NCBI RefSeq assembly: GCF_964213995.1
Contig: NC_135818.1
Span: 76,694,001-76,758,000, forward strand
From: Mustelus asterias
Lineage: Eukaryota
Direction: 5' to 3'
Length of the DNA stretch: 64,000 nt
Of this stretch, positions 12,431 through 23,891 are shown piece by piece. The notes under the pieces were generated by a model. That model saw nothing but the letters and a program-made list of their open reading frames with translations. It ran no database searches and was not told where the DNA came from. Each line of letters starts with the position of its first letter. The stretch's first letter is position 1. Both the position numbers and the translations under genes were made by a program.

Positions 12431-13369
12431 GATCAAGTTAAGTTTCTTAAGGTGATTAATATCAGCAGAAAAAAAGCACTGAAGAAACTTAGAGGCTAAA
12501 AGAGACAGATCCCCAGAACATTGCCACCTCTTTATGTAAACATGGACTATTCTTTGAATGGTAATGTTTTAGAGGTATAACTTTTAGGTTGTATTAAAGT
12601 GATAAATGGATAAGTGGAAAGATCTGTGTTTGAGAAATTGGTAAGCACCCCTAAGAAAATTACTATTCAAAGGATAGTCCACGGAAGTCAAAGTATGAAA
12701 ATGCTAAATAATGGGCTATTTTTCCTGGGTTTCTTGTAAGTCCCAGATCAAAGACGTTAAAAGTACCTTTGTAGCAAAATAGTTTCTTGGCGGGCTCGCC
12801 AGGTCCGGAGAGAGGGCAGTTAATTGTGATGTGAATTCTTTGTGTGCGTCCCAGAATCAGAATTGTTTTGACGGCAGGTGATAATCAGTCTAGATTTGTG
12901 TTGGAAGCATCTCAAGGGTGCCACGTTACCATGGAGGTGAACGTTATGGATTAGTTTTAATTTGCTTTTTATTTAATTTATCTGTGTGTGTACACTCATA
13001 GAAACAAGCAGTTCAGCTTTGGTCTGGTGTAGTTTGTAGTTCACTGAGTGTTGAGGGAGCAAAAAAAGAGTCGGGCAGAGACCTTGAGCAGAGAAAATAC
13101 TAACTTTTAGTAAAAAAAAGAATTTATTATGCTAAATCTTTGACAACTCCAGATGGTATCAAGCATCCAGGTGGGGATGCATCTGTAGCATTGGATTTCA
13201 GTTACCGAGGCACATTGGTCTTTTGCGTAACTTGTGATTGCCAGATTTTCAGGCGTACCGGTGTATAAATTAAATCAATTTAAATCTGTGCTTATGTGCA
13301 TGTTCTTTGAATAAAAATGAGGGTAGATGATGCAATGAAACCTAACTGGAGAGGCTTCGAAAATCCCCA

Positions 13370-14075
13370 TTACCTATCGCTCTTGAACATTGGTTCCAAG
13401 TCCCATATGTCTCGATTTGAACTTTCTCCTCCCACTGTTAAAACCCCAGAGGGCATTCCTCTGACTCTGGCCTTGTGCATATTTATTCTTTGCCCACCAT
13501 TGGCAACCCTGTCTTCAGTTCCAGAATCCCTTCCTAAATCTCTCCACCTTGCTGTTCTCCTTTAGGACCATTGTTTAAACCGGTGGTATGGTGGCACAGT
13601 GGTTAGCACTGCTGCTTCACAGCTCCAGGGACCTGGGTTCGATTCCCGGTTTGGGTCACTCTCTGTGTGGAGTTTGCACATTCTCCCCGTGTGTGTGTGG
13701 GTTTCCTCCGGGTGCTCTGGTTTCCTCCCACAGTCCAAAGATGTGCGAGTTAGGTTGATTGGCTATGCTAAAATTGCCCTTAGTGTCCTGGGATGCGTAG
13801 GTTAGAAGAATTAGTGGGTAAATATGTAGGGATATGGGGATAGGGCCTGGGTGGGATTGTGGTCGGTGCAGACTCGATGGGCCGAATGGCGCCTCTCTGT
13901 GCTGTAGGATTTCTAAGATTTCTAAGAAACCACTTCTGACTACACATTGTCACTGCTCCCGATTTCCCTTCCTTAAACTCGGTGTTCTTTTTTTGTCGAA
14001 TTATGTTGCTGTGATGAGCCTCAGGATGTTTTTCTATGTTAAAGGTGCTATATGTGTACAAATTAATATTGTTAA
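13370..14075 (+). mobile_element. L2-like LINE 3' remnant interrupted by a HE1 SINE
   Basis: Ends gtgatgagcctcaggatgtttttctatgttaaaggtgctatat, an L2-type tail; a related antisense copy lies at about 33998-34310. Confidence 0.6.
13582..13926 (+). mobile_element. Full-length HE1-type V-SINE
   Basis: A/B boxes, V-domain, CR1-like tail; flanked by the direct repeat AAACC (13577-13581 and 13927-13931). Confidence 0.9.
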
Positions 14076-14764
14076 AGTTACTCTCAACATATTCCACTTG
14101 GTACAAAAGCAGTAACTGCCAGGAGAGTTAGTGTATGTATAAGATGCAGATCAGTTTGATAAAGTTGCTATTAAAAATGTTAATAGCGCAGAAGAGAAAA
14201 AGGATTGTCGGCTGATTCAGTAGTAATGCTAAAGCTTTATCAGTTAGTTCAGGAGCCAGACAAATAATTCAGTACCAGGGAAGTCCTTTGAGAAATTTAG
14301 CTGGACACATTAAATATTAGGAGGGCCGGATAGACATGAGAATCCGAATATGGGCGAAGTGTTAAGTGCATTGGTTTTCAATACTCAAGGTGACAGTGAT
14401 CCCAGATCAGAGTGCTGGTAAAACTGATTCCACAGGGATAAATGCAGCAATTGTCTTGGTTAGGATTAAAGCATTCAAGGCTCATGGAATGACTGGACTC
14501 TTGCCATTTACTCCAGAGTGCTTAAGAAATGGGAGGTGAATTATGCAAAACACTAATAGTTCTTTTAGGACCTGGACCAGTTCCAGTGTGATGAAGGAAG
14601 GCATGTATTGTGATCCTAATATTTTGAGGAGGGAATGAAATCAAACGCCCGGAGTTATAGGTCTGTAAGTTGCAAGAAAGTTTCTGGAATGCATTACAGA
14701 GATGTGATTTATGTGATTATGGTAGAACTGACAGTTATTGGAGGATCCCAGCACAACTTTAATA

Positions 14765-15620
14765 AACAGAAGCAGCAACAGAAAATGCTGAAAAATCTCA
14801 GCAGGTCTGACAGCATCTGTGGAGAAAGAATAGAGTTAATGGGCCCGATTGTACCAAAAACATTCTAAGTGCTAAATTGGCGAGAAAAATGGTGTAAATC
14901 ACGATTGTTTTTTCAGTGGGAGTTCAGACTCTGATCTCCCACACTCTGTGCACTGCAGAGGTCACAATTGAGAATATCATTAAAAGCTCAGGGGGCGGGG
15001 CCTATTCATGCCCAGAATCTGACAGCCCCGGGTCTCTGCGCATACGCAGTGGCCCCGACCTGTCAGACTGCAGTTTGTATTGCCCAATGCCCGGTGGGCA
15101 TGGCCAAGGTGCCCCCGGGCGTGGGCTCTTTGCCCCTTGGGCAGTGCTGGGGGCACAGGCTGGCACTGCCAGGGTGCCCATGCCCAAGGGGCACCACCTC
15201 CCTGTCGCCCGACCCCCTGGGAGGACCCTGATTGTGCCCCCCCCTTCACTCTGGCGGGTGACCCCGCCAGTTCCCTGCAAGTGGGGAGCTACTCTAAACC
15301 CCGCTGGAGTGAAATACTCCTGGCGGAGTGGGAGATGCTATCGGGCCCGGAGAATTACATGCCAGGCTTGATAATGACATTTTAAAATACATTAAAAACA
15401 GATTTAAATCACTTGCCTGTCTTCACTTTGGTTTCCAGTGCGATCCCGACTGAACCTGCTCTCCGGCTGTGGGAGACACGCATGCGTCGGGAACACATGT
15501 GCGAATCCCGCAATATGGCCGACGCACATCTCCCATCCCGACGCACCAAAAAAACGTGCGCATCGGGATGTGAGAATCGGGCCTAATGTTTCAAGTCTGG
15601 ATGACCCTTCATCACAGCTC
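14765..15620 (-). mobile_element. Penelope-like terminal fragment (family B) split by a DNA transposon
   Basis: gaaaatgctgaaaaatctcagcaggtctgacagcatctgtggag...gagttaat | gtttcaagtctggatgacccttcatcac; same family as 41148-41300. Confidence 0.65.
14841..15584. mobile_element. Non-autonomous PIF/Harbinger-type DNA transposon (744 bp, GC-rich)
   Basis: TIRs GGGCCCGATT / AATCGGGCCT; 3-bp TSD AAT (14838-14840, 15585-15587); the host element rejoins cleanly across it. Confidence 0.75.
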
Positions 15621-15955
15621 AACTGAGTTAATAAATGGAAGCTTTGCCTCCCTAATCTGATTGAATTCTTTCAGACCGAGGCCAAATTAGCAATGGTTAT
15701 ATTTTAAAATCCTCATTCCCATCGTCAAATCCATGGCCCAATCCTTGGAATATTTCACTGGCACGCGACTGCATTGCTGGAAATGTTGAAACCAAACAAA
15801 GCGGAGTGGAGAAGATGTGGGTTACGTGTAGGGCTGAAGCACGTGGGCTGTTCTGGGCTGCTCTTCATTAAATGGCATTCCCTCTTCATAACAAGTGACT
15901 ATCTTCTAACCCAAAGGAAACCTCCCTCCATGATTCTTTTGTATTTCCTTTATAG

Positions 15956-16037
15956 TGGTGGCTCAGCAGGACATGTTGGACGACGCTCAGAAAAAACTAC
16001 TGAACCTGGTCAACAACAGTGAGGGTAGAATTGACAA
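15956..16037 (+). CDS. TRIP11: TRIP11 exon (about exon 17): VVAQQDMLDDAQKKLLNLVNNSEGRIDK
   Basis: tttcctttatAG acceptor, CAA|GTAAGC donor; 82 nt; phase 1 in, phase 2 out; resembles recalled human [23 protein letters not shown]. Confidence 0.95.
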
Positions 16038-16309
16038 GTAAGCACTGATGTTCTTTTGATGTTCAATGTATGAACATTTTCTTATTGAAAGGAATAGATT
16101 GTTTGCAGTCCTAAGTCCCTGCAGTGCTCCAGCAGCATCACAAATGAATAATTTTGAGTCATGTCATCCAATAAAAGGAGATTTCTGGTTATTCAGAATT
16201 GAATTAATTCAACAAGCTATCAGAAAACAAAACGTAAGGAAACATTTGATGTTCAGTGATACATATTTGAGCAACTGTTGCACCCTACTCTATACCTTGT
16301 TTCTTGACC

Positions 16310-16545
16310 ATTATGATCATCTTTTGCCTTTCCCTTGTGACTCTTGATCTCTCTTGCCTTCCACCCTGCCACAGACCGCCTCTATTTTTTTCCTTTCCTC
16401 TCCATCTCTGCTTGAACTCATTACATCTCTAACTTTATTCCAGTACTGACAAAAGGTCGTTGACCTGAAATGTTAGTTTTATTTTTCTCTTTCCGCAGAT
16501 GCTGCTTGACTTGCTGAATGTTTCCTGCATTCTCAGTATTTAACT
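16310..16545 (+). mobile_element. Penelope-like 3' terminal remnant with a decayed hammerhead motif
   Basis: ctgacaaaaggtcgttgacctgaaatgtt followed by ...cagatgctgcttgacttgctgaatgtttcctgcattctc. Confidence 0.55.
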
Positions 16546-16587
16546 TTTGTAACAACCTCGAGTTTTGCCTGAGCTTTTTGTCCTAGG

Positions 16588-17190
16588 ATTATTTATTTAT
16601 TTACCGAATGCAAAGTCCCTAAGCCAAGCAGTTTCTTCTGGTCCTGCTGTGTTCAGTGCGGATAGGCCTCCGCTGAGTCTGTGGATTGGACACTCTTCTA
16701 TGATGTTGCGTATAGTCTGCTCTCTCCCACAGGCACATAGGGGGCTGGCACTCATGCACCATCTGTGGAGGTTGGCCAAGTAGGGACCGTGGGCAGTCCT
16801 GAATCTGTTCAGGGTGGATCACTCTTTCCTTGGAAGGTTAACACCAGACAGCTATGGGGTTGGGTTTGAGACCAGGTACTTGTTTGTTGTGTCCAATGAT
16901 TCCCATTCATTTGTCCAGGTGGAATTTGCATTGCAGTCCTGTGTGGGAGTGTTTTTCCGGATGGGCCTGCTTGATGGGAATTGTACCTTGAGGGGGGTGG
17001 GCTGAATAGATCAACACGAAGTGGGAGGTAGAGCCATTGCAAACTTTTTCTATCATTTTGTGGGTTTTGGAAGTCGGTGGATATATGGAGAAGTGATGTT
17101 TGCCAGGACAGAGAGCCAAGCGAGTGGTGTTCCAGTAATGATACGTGTGGTAGAATTCAGCTGGATGTCAACTGTGTGCGTGCGTGTTCT
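16588..17190 (-). mobile_element. Vingi/Ingi-like (I-group) non-LTR retrotransposon 3' remnant, frameshifted
   Basis: Minus-strand peptides VDIQLNSTTRIITG-TPLAWLSVLANI, LPRKEWSTLNRFRTAHG and SPLCACGREQTIRNIIEECP (C-terminal zinc-knuckle-like), with a (TAAA)n tail beginning at the stop. Clade assignment is from memory. Confidence 0.6.
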
Positions 17191-18583
17191 CTCGGAAAGG
17201 TCAGTGTCCTATCTAAGGTCACTTTGAGGTATGATGGATTTGGATGGTGCTTTGCCCTGGGACTAAAGTGTGATATTTGCACTTTATAACGTTCTGAATC
17301 TTTGTTGTCAACTTATGAATTTATTGGCTAATCTTCTGTTCAATTTTGGTTTGAAACTCTCATTTTGGTGGGGGCCCGTCACTCATGTCAAGCTTTTTTA
17401 GATAATTGAAAACCGAACTCTGAGATCATCTGAACCCTACTGACCCCACCATGGTGTTTTTTGTGCTTCCAACACAATCCATATCCCTGACCTTGACTAA
17501 GGGTACATCTTATGGTGACCAATAACTCGTTGATAAATAGCTATTCTCAATGAATGAGTTTGGCAATATTTTTTCAGTAGAATGGTTCACTAGAGATCAT
17601 CAGACCCAAGCCCAAACCTGCGCCTGTTGGATGTCTACATGCACGTTTTTTCCAGTAATCCATTGAATGATACTCAAGTAAAGGATCCTTAATTGTTCCC
17701 TTCAATCTCTCTCAAATCTGTGGGTTATCAGGCCATTTTAGTATTATCTTAGCTAAACCAGGCATGGGCCAGAGGAGTGAACTTAAGATTAACTTGATTT
17801 GTATTGCTCAGTCCCACATCGTTTGGTGCATGTTCTCATTGAAACAATGAAGAGCATTTTCTATCACTTTACAATATGGGCAAATACAGTGATCTAATAA
17901 AAAACATTATTTTGTTGCATTTCCAATATCCTGATGGTCCTGACTTACTGAGATGTGATTTTGTAGTTAACTGCACTCTGTGTTACCTAATTCAAGCAGC
18001 CAGTCTCTCTTTGTGAACCCATGCAGTGATTGCCAATTACGATTAACCTCTGGGGATCAGTACATTCAAGCTAAATCCTGATGTCACCTAATATTCGCGC
18101 CTTCATACTTTAAAGCAAAGGTCAAGGACAGTCATTATGTGTGAATTCAGGCTAATTTCTTGCTTCCCACCGTTGCACACCCTACATTTCACACCGGTGA
18201 TTGTGAGGCCAGTTGTTATACCTCTGTTGTTGCCTCGTTTGAGATCAGTTAACTTCTAACAACTTGCAGGGATGTTAAAATGGTCAGCAGTTAGCCTCAC
18301 ATTCCACACAGCTGGAGAATATCTGCTAAAAGTTGATTCTCTATGTGTTCAAAAGCAAATATTGAAGAGTGGATGAAGCAGATAATCATTAAACAAAATT
18401 TTGATCACTTTAATTAAAAACATTTAATGTTCTTGCCCTGAATTCATCAGCTCAATTTACAGTGTCTTGGAATGTGTTTTTTAAGAAGTGCCATTGTAGG
18501 TCTTGCTACCCTGCATGCCAATTAATCCAAGTATGGTCATTTATTGTGTTCACGTTACTAAGCCATTCCCTTTTCTTTTAAAG

Positions 18584-18698
18584 GGTCCTGATGCGAAATT
18601 TGTTCGTGGGTTACTTCCATACTCCAAAGAACAAACGTAATGAAGCAATGCGGCTGCTGGGAAGTGTTCTGGGGCTAAAGAGAGAAGAGATTAGTCAG
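18584..18698 (+). CDS. TRIP11: TRIP11 exon (about exon 18), GRAB (GRIP-related Arf-binding) domain core: [38 protein letters not shown]
   Basis: cttttcttttaaAG acceptor, CAG|GTATGA donor; 115 nt; the DKVLMRNLF..FHTP signature spans the junction. Confidence 0.96.
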
Positions 18699-19327
18699 GT
18701 ATGACAAAATGGTCACCGCTATTTCCAAAGCAATTAGTAAAATTGCAAGGACTTTCTAATAATTTGCTTTCTTGAAGCTAAAAATTCCATCTCGGCTACT
18801 GCCCTCTCCATGTTTTCTTGTAATATGTCTCCTGCTAAAATAATGCAAACTATGACCTCTTTAACTTTAATTTTCATTGTATTCCAAATCTTCAATAATG
18901 CAGTATTTTCTATTTTTCTCCTCTTCCTACGAATGTCAAGTTTGTGAAAAGTCTGATTGATTTTACTTCTCTTTGAATTTGGAATTCTCCATAAACTAGC
19001 CTCAGCAGGTATTAGAAATACTATCAGCAACACCATAACTACATTTCAATGTGGCAAACAGAGGAGTTGTGGCTTCAGCCTATGCTGAGAATCAGGCGGC
19101 AGTTCTTGAGCAGTATATACCTATATTGTGTCAGAATTTAAAAGGATTCAAAGAACAAAACTTTTCTTTTCTTTTGCACACAGCAGAAATCAACACATTA
19201 CAATATCTAGGCAGTAATCTACAGTTCCAAACAGATCACATTTCATTGGAGAGAGTAGCATTCATTGTCTACCTTTTCTCCAGTTTCTTTAGCCAAATAT
19301 GTGTTTCACTCCTGCCACCAAACCACA

Positions 19328-19625
19328 GGGCGGCATGGTGGCACAGTGGTTAGCACTGCTGCCCCAGTGCCAGGGACCCAGGTTCGATTCCCAGCTTGGG
19401 TCACTGTCTGTGCAGGGTCTGCACATTCTCCCCGTGTCTGCGTGGATTTTCTCCGGTTTCCTCCCACAGTCCGAAAAACATGCTGGTTAGATGCGTTGGT
19501 CGTGCTACATTTTCCCTCAGCGTACCCGAACAGGCGCCGGAGTGTGATGGCGAGGGGATTTTAACAGTAGCTTCATTGCAGTGTTAATGTAAGACTACTT
19601 GTGACACTAATAAATAAACTTTAAA
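19328..19625 (+). mobile_element. V-SINE, type B tail
   Basis: Head, V-domain, tail ...gtgacactaataaataaacttta. Confidence 0.88.
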
Positions 19626-19956
19626 AAAAGTATTCATTATCGATCTTTTACAGGCAATTGCAATTGCTGATCTGGCTCATAAGTTTGTTATTAATCACCA
19701 GCCCTTCCTTGAGACTCTGTTCGTATCGTGGTTCTGCTCACACATGCAATCTACACTTCAGAATTACTCAAATTACTGTATTTCTAAAACTGCCTTGAGT
19801 TACCGCAACTTTAAAATTACTCATTACTGCATTCTCAAAAAAAGAGTTCTGTCCCTCAACAATATTTCAACAAATAAATCTGTAAAATCATAATTATCCA
19901 ACATATTAAGGAGACGAAACTCTTCACACTGATTCCTCGATAACAGGATATATTAG

Positions 19957-21024
19957 TGTTATGACCACAGCTTATAATTCCTGGGCAAACCAAATCCCGG
20001 ACGTAATCTGGCTTCTGGGCTGTACCATTTTTTGGTATTCTGAAAATGAGAAGAAAAGGTACTGATCTCAACAGCAAGAAGCCCGGTAACACTTTTGGGA
20101 TTTTAAAAATTAAACTTAAAATATGTTTTAATGAGAAGAAAGGAAAACTTGAGCACACAAGATTATAGTTACACTGTTAAAATTAGTTTTAAAAACATCC
20201 CCTTACTATTTGGTCAGACTCACAAGTAAACGCCATCCAGGCAAAAATCTCTTGTAGATGTTTAACTATAAAAATGCAGTAATATTACCCAAGACAAACT
20301 GCTGTAGCTTCAATAAGGTAAACCACACAACCTCTCAGGCTCACTTCCACTCTGCTGTGGAAATCCAAGAAACCTTAAGAAACAAAACTGCAGTCCAAAA
20401 CCTTTCTGGCGTGATTGGGTGGCTGATTTGAACTTATCCTCTCTCCGCCCTGAGCTGTTTCCTCAGACAGGCAACCCCAATTTCTCTCAACACTTCTTAA
20501 ATATTCTTTTCCCCTTGCATCCACAACTCCAATGTCCCCAGCACTTCTTTGAATTCAACTTTTCCAGTATAGATCAAAATCTTCCATATCCTTTCTATTG
20601 CCCCCACTTTTGGGACTAAATAAAATTTAATAACCTTCCCTTGTTTATTTATGAAACCTTTGCGAGCTGTAAAAGCATTTTGAAACTTAACAACTGAAAA
20701 CAACACATCTTGTATTTCCTAATGCAAATTTCAAAGCCTAGCCTATTTACTTATGAACCACTTTATAGAACAGGAAAGCCTCATTACAAATGCATGCTTC
20801 GAGCGTCTTTACTTCTTTTCTCTCAACTCCTCCAGAAAAATGGTTTTCATTAATCTTTTTCCAGCTTAACTAAAACATGTACACCAACACACAGCCGCCT
20901 TTAAAGAATAACACAGCATTCCCCAAACATCTTTTTAAAAATAACATCCATTCTCACTTCAGTCCACAGCTCCACATTTTGCAGTCATCCACATTGGATA
21001 TATCCTCACTTATTCCGCATAACA
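19957..21024. mobile_element. Candidate solo LTR (1068 bp)
   Basis: Termini TGTTATG ... CATAACA (7-bp inverted, TG...CA), composition skewed to A/C, no ORF; the TSD is imperfect. Confidence 0.55.
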
Positions 21025-21229
21025 ATTTAAGTGTAATTTATTCATATACACGGTACTAAATACTTGTTATTTAAATTAAGGAGAGAACTTCTTCCATGCT
21101 CCTACAATTCACAATGAGATAAATCAAATGTTAAGCCTTGCAACAGGTAAAGTTGATGTTACGTTTTCTGTAGTTCAGTTGTAATAGTTTTATGTTAAAA
21201 ATATAACTTGTGTGCTATGTCTTTGCTAG

Positions 21230-21358
21230 CTCTTGGATGGTGAGCATCGTGGTGTTACTGGATGGGTAACCAGTTGGCTTGGTGTTAATCGAGCTAGTGG
21301 AACCCAAAGTTTCCCAAGCACCCCCCAGAGGCCAAACCAGCGCACAATCTTCAACAGT
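21230..21358 (+). CDS. TRIP11: TRIP11 exon (about exon 19): LLDGEHRGVTGWVTSWLGVNRASGTQSFPSTPQRPNQRTIFNS
   Basis: ctttgctAG acceptor, AGT|GTAAGT donor; 129 nt, phase 0/0; GVT.W.T.WLG motif. Confidence 0.93.
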
Positions 21359-21834
21359 GTAAGTTCTGCCCTCTTTTCATACGTTCTCATTCATTGCTAA
21401 TTTTAAAAATGTACAACATAGGGACCAAAGGATATACTAGATCAATTCAGCCTAATCTGGAGAGCTAAATCCAGTTCTGGACACTGTGCTTTAGAAAAGA
21501 TGTGACGTTTGAGAAGGTGCAGAAAAGATTCACGTGGTTTCAGGAATGAGAAATTTCAGTTGCGTAGAAAGATTTGAGAAGTTGGGTCTGTTTGCTTTCT
21601 TGAACCCTTGGAGTAAGGCATAGCCTGTGACCATTCTTCATTCAAAATGTTTCTTTTTATAGGACACCATGAAATTCATATGAGTCATTTTATTGTGTTT
21701 ATGGGGGTTTCGTGTTATATAACAGTCAAGGTGCTGCATTCAGCTGATACAAGGGAACAATTTTAATAAGTGTCGCATGTTGGCACAGTGCATTATTTTC
21801 TGGCAGCAATAAAATTATAAAGTGTCAACTCGGC

Positions 21835-22322
21835 TTGGTGACAAGGTTTAAGTCCAATTCCAGACACTTGAACAGAAAGTCCAGGCTGATACTGCAGCAT
21901 GCAGTGCAGAGGCACTCCGTTGTTGAAGCTGCAGTAATCAGGTAAGAAGTTTAACCAAAGCCTTGTTGGCCCTCACAGGTGGATCATAATAGATCTCCCC
22001 TCATTTTGTACTTTGGAGACATTATACAGTCGCAGGTCACTGTGGTAGTTTGTGGTATGCATTCCATATTGTAATAAATCTTAACTTTCTTGGCACTTTC
22101 CAAGGAACAGTAGGAATCTTGTCCACGGTGTCCTGGCCGACATTTATCCCTCATTGAATATCGCTAAAAGTAGGATTATTATTTTGTTACTACCTTTCTT
22201 GTTGGGAGTGCAAATTTGTGCCTATTCATCTCCAGTGACTACACTTCAAAAGTATTTAGCTGTGAAAGCACTTTGGAATATCTAAATTGATGAAACACTC
22301 GATATAAATGCAAGTCCTTTCA
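21835..22322 (+). mobile_element. Old Deu-domain SINE (SacSINE1/AmnSINE1-like)
   Basis: ggtgtcctggccgacatttatccctca...gtgactacacttcaaaagta...gatataaatgcaagtc matches the recalled DeuSINE core and tail. Confidence 0.7.
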
Positions 22323-22334
22323 TTTTTGTAACAT

Positions 22335-22662
22335 AGAGAATCATAGAATCCCTACAGTGCAGAAGGAGGCCATTCGGCCCATCGAGTCTGCACCGACCAC
22401 AATCCCACCCGGGCCTGATTCCCGTAACCCCACATATTTACCCCGCTAATCCCCTGACACGCGGGTCAATTTAGCATGGCCAACCAACCTAACACACACA
22501 TCTTTGGCCTGTGGGAGGAAACCAGAGCACCCGGAGGAAACCCATGTAAACACGGGGAGAATGTGCAAACTCCACACAGACAGTGACCTGAGGTTGGAGT
22601 TGAACCCAGGTCCCTGGCGCTGTGAGGCAGCAGTGCCAACCATTGTGCCACCGTGCTGCCCA
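22335..22662 (-). mobile_element. Full-length HE1-type V-SINE
   Basis: Reverse complement of head, V-domain and CR1 tail; a tail-only minus copy lies at about 23568-23738. Confidence 0.9.
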
Positions 22663-23891
22663 AATTGTATAAGCACAAATTTTTTGTTGAACTTTCCATC
22701 ATTGTAGTTTGATTGTATTTATCTGTGACACTCAGATTCACTTGTTTATTTTTCTGGACTCTTTGATTGCATTTCTCAAGATTAGCATTTTCCCATAGCT
22801 GATGCAGTAGTTACTCATTTATCTCTGAATCCTTATAGCTGCATCTTCAAGATAAGTGGCGGTGTTCCTCATTGAAAACCCATCTTGGGTCCACTGGAAT
22901 TTCTTTTTAGCATCTGCAGTAATCACCAATCCAAGCAATAGATTCCACAATGGCTCGATGGAGCCCTCTGCTGAATGTTGTCAAGGGCAGTCTTCAATGA
23001 TGTGCATCATTGATTCGAGTTCACCACAACTACAGTCCGAGTTCCCTGCAAGACCCCACTTGTGCCAATACTGGAAATGGACCACAAACCTAATGCTGAT
23101 CCCTTTTTCTGAGCTGTTGCCATCTCCTCTCTTTTTATCTCTTGTTTCATCCCTTCACTTGCCTCCTGCTCTTCTCCCTACCACCGCAGATCTACTGCTC
23201 AGGAAATTCCAGGGAAATGTTGTGTGCATCTCGCTGAATTTTTTAAAGCTAAGACTTTTTACAATTTAGAATCCACTGCCATAATGAATTGGGATTGTAT
23301 AATGGCTCTAACAGAAAATGCAGAAAACCAATGGAAAGAGCTGAAAGGCTGGTGCTGAGCCATTGTTGGGAGAAATAGGAGAGCTGATTATCAATCTGGT
23401 TAAAAGGATGGATCTTAAAAGTTTTTCAAGGGAGAGAGAGATGTGCAAGAGTATCAGGAGAGAATTCAAGAAAGTAAGACAAAAGCAAAATTACAAGTAT
23501 GGAAAGAGCTTCGATTTATGTGGTGTCTTTCTTAGCATCACAATGTCCCAGGATTATTTGCTGCCATTGAATCATAGGATCCCTACAATGCAGAAGGAGG
23601 CCATTTGGCCCATCAAACCTGCATCAACAACAATCGCACCCAGGCCCTATCCCATAACCCCAAGTATTGACTCTGCTAATCCCCCTGACACTAAGGGTCA
23701 ATTTAGCATGGCCAATCCTCCTAACCGGCACATCCTTGGAGTGGAATACCAGTGGAATACTTTTTATAATTTACTCATTATTATGTGGATATCCGAGTCA
23801 AACCTGATGTTTGGGAAGGAATTATGTTAATACATCAAGAAAAATATTAAGCGACGCAGGGACAGAATGAAAATGGGATTAATGTAGATAA

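Noticed and set aside
14916-15385. Cluster of overlapping GC-rich ORFs, possible transposase or CpG-island gene
   Set aside because: They lie inside a TIR/TSD-bounded non-autonomous element, with no DDE or Myb-like motifs recognisable.
15720-15900. Enhancer-like motif cluster (CACGTG, CATTCC) upstream of the 15956 exon
   Set aside because: Short motifs are expected by chance, and there is no conservation data to support a call.
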